DNA of 64,000 bases from a virus (lineage: Duplodnaviria > Caudoviricetes): IMG/VR virus record IMGVR_UViG_3300005611_000001; one strand, written 5' to 3'. The notes beneath the pieces are model-generated. The model worked only from the letters and a program-made list of their open reading frames with translations. It ran no database searches and was not told the origin of the DNA. The translations under genes and the position numbers were made by a program. How positions within the stretch are numbered: position 1 is the stretch's first letter; each line of letters opens with the position of its first letter. This document shows positions 61,290 to 64,000 of this stretch, one piece after another.

Positions 61290-61447
61290 AAGAGCAAACG
61301 AAAGCAGAGCAGATTGAATCTATTCAGCGTTTGATGGAAGACATTGAGATTCGTTTGCCCTACGCTGATGGTCCGGCATACTATAATGATCTTGAGCGAC
61401 TCCGTGACCTGCAGGCAGAACTGAAGGCACTAGAGGAGAGTGAGTGA
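61286..61447 (+). CDS. Small hypothetical protein
   Basis: 53 aa coupled ORF. Confidence 0.65.
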   Translation: MKEQTKAEQIESIQRLMEDIEIRLPYADGPAYYNDLERLRDLQAELKALEESE

Positions 61448-61626
61448 TGAACGAACAACCAAAACTGCGAGTTTCCGATGTTGGTGTGATCTCTGTGGAT
61501 TCCAACGATCTGGCTCGCAGCAAAGCAGGCAGAAAACAAATCGAGGCGCTTGAACGCTTAACGAAAAACCGTCGAATTCCGCCGACATTTGCTTCAGCCG
61601 CGATTGCAATAGCAAAGGGAGAGTGA
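61447..61626 (+). CDS. Small hypothetical protein
   Basis: GGAG SD. Confidence 0.6.
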   Translation: MNEQPKLRVSDVGVISVDSNDLARSKAGRKQIEALERLTKNRRIPPTFASAAIAIAKGE

Positions 61627-61629
61627 GTA

Positions 61630-61941
61630 ATGCGCGACTACGACGAGAACTACGAATGGTGGCAGGAGACTCGGGAAATGGTGACAGAGCAGGCTAAGTA
61701 TCACGTTGAGGACTGGGTATGGAAGAACATAAACGACGCCGACTCAATGCAATATTTCTTTGAGACTATGGGCTTGGACCCCTTCGGGCTTGCTACGATC
61801 ATGCTAGAGCATAAAAGCCATGCGGATCGGGTTAAGGCTATCCTCGATGAGTATGAGAAGGACGTAGAGGAGTTCCTAATCTGCTCCGATGCGTTCCACA
61901 AGAAGATGGAAGCCATGCGGATGGGCGACTATGACATTTAA
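61630..61941 (+). CDS. Hypothetical protein
   Basis: GGAG SD, 103 aa. Confidence 0.7.
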   Translation: MRDYDENYEWWQETREMVTEQAKYHVEDWVWKNINDADSMQYFFETMGLDPFGLATIMLEHKSHADRVKAILDEYEKDVEEFLICSDAFHKKMEAMRMGDYDI

Positions 61942-62131
61942 GATCGACGAGATCATTTGGGATGCCGAGGAGGGCAACCTTGGCGTAATGTATGAAGGGG
62001 ACCCCACCGACGAGCAGGCAGCGGTGGTCTCCGCCATGATGCAGGCCTTCTCCCGCCTAATCGTTAAGCAGCAGGAGGAGGCGGAAAAGATTATGGCTAA
62101 ATGGGAGGCGGCAGGGGAGATCAAGCATTGA
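61931..62131 (+). CDS. Hypothetical protein
   Basis: MTFKIDEIIW start. Confidence 0.6.
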   Translation: MTFKIDEIIWDAEEGNLGVMYEGDPTDEQAAVVSAMMQAFSRLIVKQQEEAEKIMAKWEAAGEIKH

Positions 62132-62300
62132 TACTCGCTAAGGACTTCAACTACCTATTAGGCAAGCAGGACGGCTACGCTCAGGCCCCCTTTAACGTCC
62201 ATATAGGGGGCTCGTACGAGAAGGGATACAAGGAAGGGCAAAAACTGTATACTGATCAGCAGCGTAGGGGGCAGGGCCCCCGTTAGAGCCGGGGGCTTAG

Positions 62301-62801
62301 ATGCTGAAGATCGAATATCGCAAGGCGGTAGACCTTACGCCGTATGAGAACAACAGTCGGACTCATAGTAAGGAACAGGTCGGTCAGATCGTAGAATCCA
62401 TCAAGGAGTTTGGATTCACGAATCCAATCCTGATTGACGAAGATGGCGGGATTATCGCAGGCCACGGCAGGCTAGAAGCCGCTACCGCGCTCGGGATGGA
62501 AGAAGTCCCTACCATTACGCTAGAAGGGCTCTCAGAGGCCCAGAAGCGCGCCTACGTTATAGCTGATAACAAACTGGCTTTGAACGCTGGCTGGGATTTT
62601 GAGATGCTAAAACTTGAGTTTGAAGAGTTAAGCAATCTGAAGTTTGATTTTGAGCTTACAGGATTTGCGCAGTTTGAGCTTGCTAACATATTTGACGATG
62701 GTGTAAGGGAGGTGCAACAAAGCAAAACAAAAGAAATTGATGTTGACAGCTTTGATGCGGATCATCAGTGTCCAAAGTGTGGATTTGAATTTAATGATTA
62801 A
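62301..62801 (+). CDS. ParB/Srx N-terminal domain protein
   Basis: PYENNSRTHS..Q...I.EFGFTNPILID, AGHGRL, ADNKL. Confidence 0.9.
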   Translation: MLKIEYRKAVDLTPYENNSRTHSKEQVGQIVESIKEFGFTNPILIDEDGGIIAGHGRLEAATALGMEEVPTITLEGLSEAQKRAYVIADNKLALNAGWDFEMLKLEFEELSNLKFDFELTGFAQFELANIFDDGVREVQQSKTKEIDVDSFDADHQCPKCGFEFND

Positions 62802-63876
62802 AAAACCTGATTGTGCCTGGAATCTATCAGACCTTAAATTAGTGCCTCAAAACGGATTTAAGGTAATGTCTACGTTTTCATGTGGTGGTGGGTCTACTAT
62901 GGGTTATAAATTAGCAGGGTGTACTGTAATTGCTGCTAACGACATTGACCCTGAAATGGCATGGCATTACAAAGCAAACCATAATCCCAAGCATTATTTT
63001 CTTTGTCCTATCGGTGAACTTATAACTGCTGACTTGCCGCAGGAATTATTTGAGCTTGATATTTTAGACGGATCACCACCTTGTAGCACGTTTAGTATGG
63101 CTGGAAGTCGCGAAAAAGCATGGGGTAAAGATAAACACTTTAGAGAAGGGCAGGCAAAGCAAGTATTGTCTGATTTGTTTTTTGACTATTTAGACTTAGT
63201 AGAAAGGTTAAAACCAAAAGTTGCTATTGCTGAAAATGTTAAAGGTATGCTTATTGGAAACGCAAAAGGCTATACTAAAATGATAATGCAGCGATTTAAA
63301 GAAATTGGTTACCGTGCTCAGGTGTTTCTTGTTAATGCTGCTGATTGCGGCGTTCCTCAGCGTAGGGAGCGTGTATTTTTTTGTGCGGTTAGAGATGATC
63401 TTAATTTGCCAGCACTTAAACTAAGTCCGCAGCATAGGTGGATAAGTGTCGCAGAGGCTACTGCTGACCTGCAGGTTTTAACAAAAGAAGAAATTGAAGA
63501 AACAAAGCCCACCCTAAATGATTTGAAATGGTGGCCAAAAACTAAGCCCGGCTCTGATTATGGCGTTGCAGCATTAAGGGAAACAGGTAAGCCGACAGGA
63601 TTTTCTACAAAAAAACTAAATGGAGATATTCCATCTAATACATTAACAGCGACTGATATGTTCAAGCATTGGCAAGAATGCCGAAAATTAACTTTTAGAG
63701 AATGGAAACGCCTTGGCTCTTTTCCTGACGACTATCAGGCAAAAACAGATAGAATTGGAAAATATATGATAGGAATGAGTGTGCCGCCAAAGATGACTGA
63801 GCAGGTAGCAAAAGCCGTTATACAGCAGTGGCTAGAACCTATATCAAAAAATATTGATATAGATAAGGTTGCCTAA
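62794..63876 (+). CDS. dcm: DNA (cytosine-5)-methyltransferase
   Basis: FSCGGG, GSPPC, ENVKG, PQRRERVFF, GMSVPP. Confidence 0.9.
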   Translation: MIKKPDCAWNLSDLKLVPQNGFKVMSTFSCGGGSTMGYKLAGCTVIAANDIDPEMAWHYKANHNPKHYFLCPIGELITADLPQELFELDILDGSPPCSTFSMAGSREKAWGKDKHFREGQAKQVLSDLFFDYLDLVERLKPKVAIAENVKGMLIGNAKGYTKMIMQRFKEIGYRAQVFLVNAADCGVPQRRERVFFCAVRDDLNLPALKLSPQHRWISVAEATADLQVLTKEEIEETKPTLNDLKWWPKTKPGSDYGVAALRETGKPTGFSTKKLNGDIPSNTLTATDMFKHWQECRKLTFREWKRLGSFPDDYQAKTDRIGKYMIGMSVPPKMTEQVAKAVIQQWLEPISKNIDIDKVA

Positions 63877-64000
63877 TGCCAGCAGGCCGACCAAGAAAAG
63901 AAATAGACTGGAGCATAGTTGATAGCTTGTGTGGTATTCACTGCACGGGAGATGAGATAGCGAGCGTCTTAAATGTTCACTACGACACGCTAAACAACCG
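63876..64000 (+). CDS. 5' part of an HTH/terminase-small-subunit-like protein
   Basis: MPAGRPRKEIDW...CTGDEIASVLNVHYDTL; truncated by window end. Confidence 0.55.
   Translation, partial: MPAGRPRKEIDWSIVDSLCGIHCTGDEIASVLNVHYDTLNN

Noticed and set aside
1-64000. Stop-codon reassignment or programmed frameshifts
   Set aside because: Genes tile densely under the standard code; no split recognisable genes

Overview
64 kb of a T4-like (myoviral) phage genome. Evidence: almost all genes on the + strand, T4 late promoters (TATAAATA), sigma70-type early promoters, cUUCGg terminators, nrdA/nrdB, dCMP deaminase, phoH, lysozyme and a spanin-like pair. The host is inferred to be a Gram-negative proteobacterium, possibly an alphaproteobacterium (IHF-consensus sites, NrdR boxes, permuted tmRNA, hemO-pcyX-like pair). 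Layout: (1) 1-4.1 kb: small ORFs, a structured ncRNA region and a circularly permuted tmRNA (tag ANDDVYTEDFALAA); (2) 4.4-10.6 kb and 14-18 kb: early accessory genes in promoter cassettes sharing repeated upstream motifs; (3) 10.6-14 kb: a late operon of exported proteins with a pilin-like subunit and a chaperone-like protein; (4) 18-29 kb: late genes, many with T4 capsid-targeting-like N-termini, including a ligase-fold nucleotidyltransferase that contains an overprinted gene and a TIGH-type nucleotidyltransferase; (5) 29-37 kb: nucleotide metabolism and lysis; (6) 37-57 kb: a glycan/modification island of about 25 genes ending in a TAGT-like DNA glycosyltransferase module; (7) 57-60 kb: heme oxygenase, bilin reductase, six tRNAs and intergenic structured RNA; (8) 60-64 kb: early ORFs, then a ParB / C5 methyltransferase / TerS-like module that looks foreign to a T4-like genome. 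All functional calls are by eye from motifs; no database search or folding was run.
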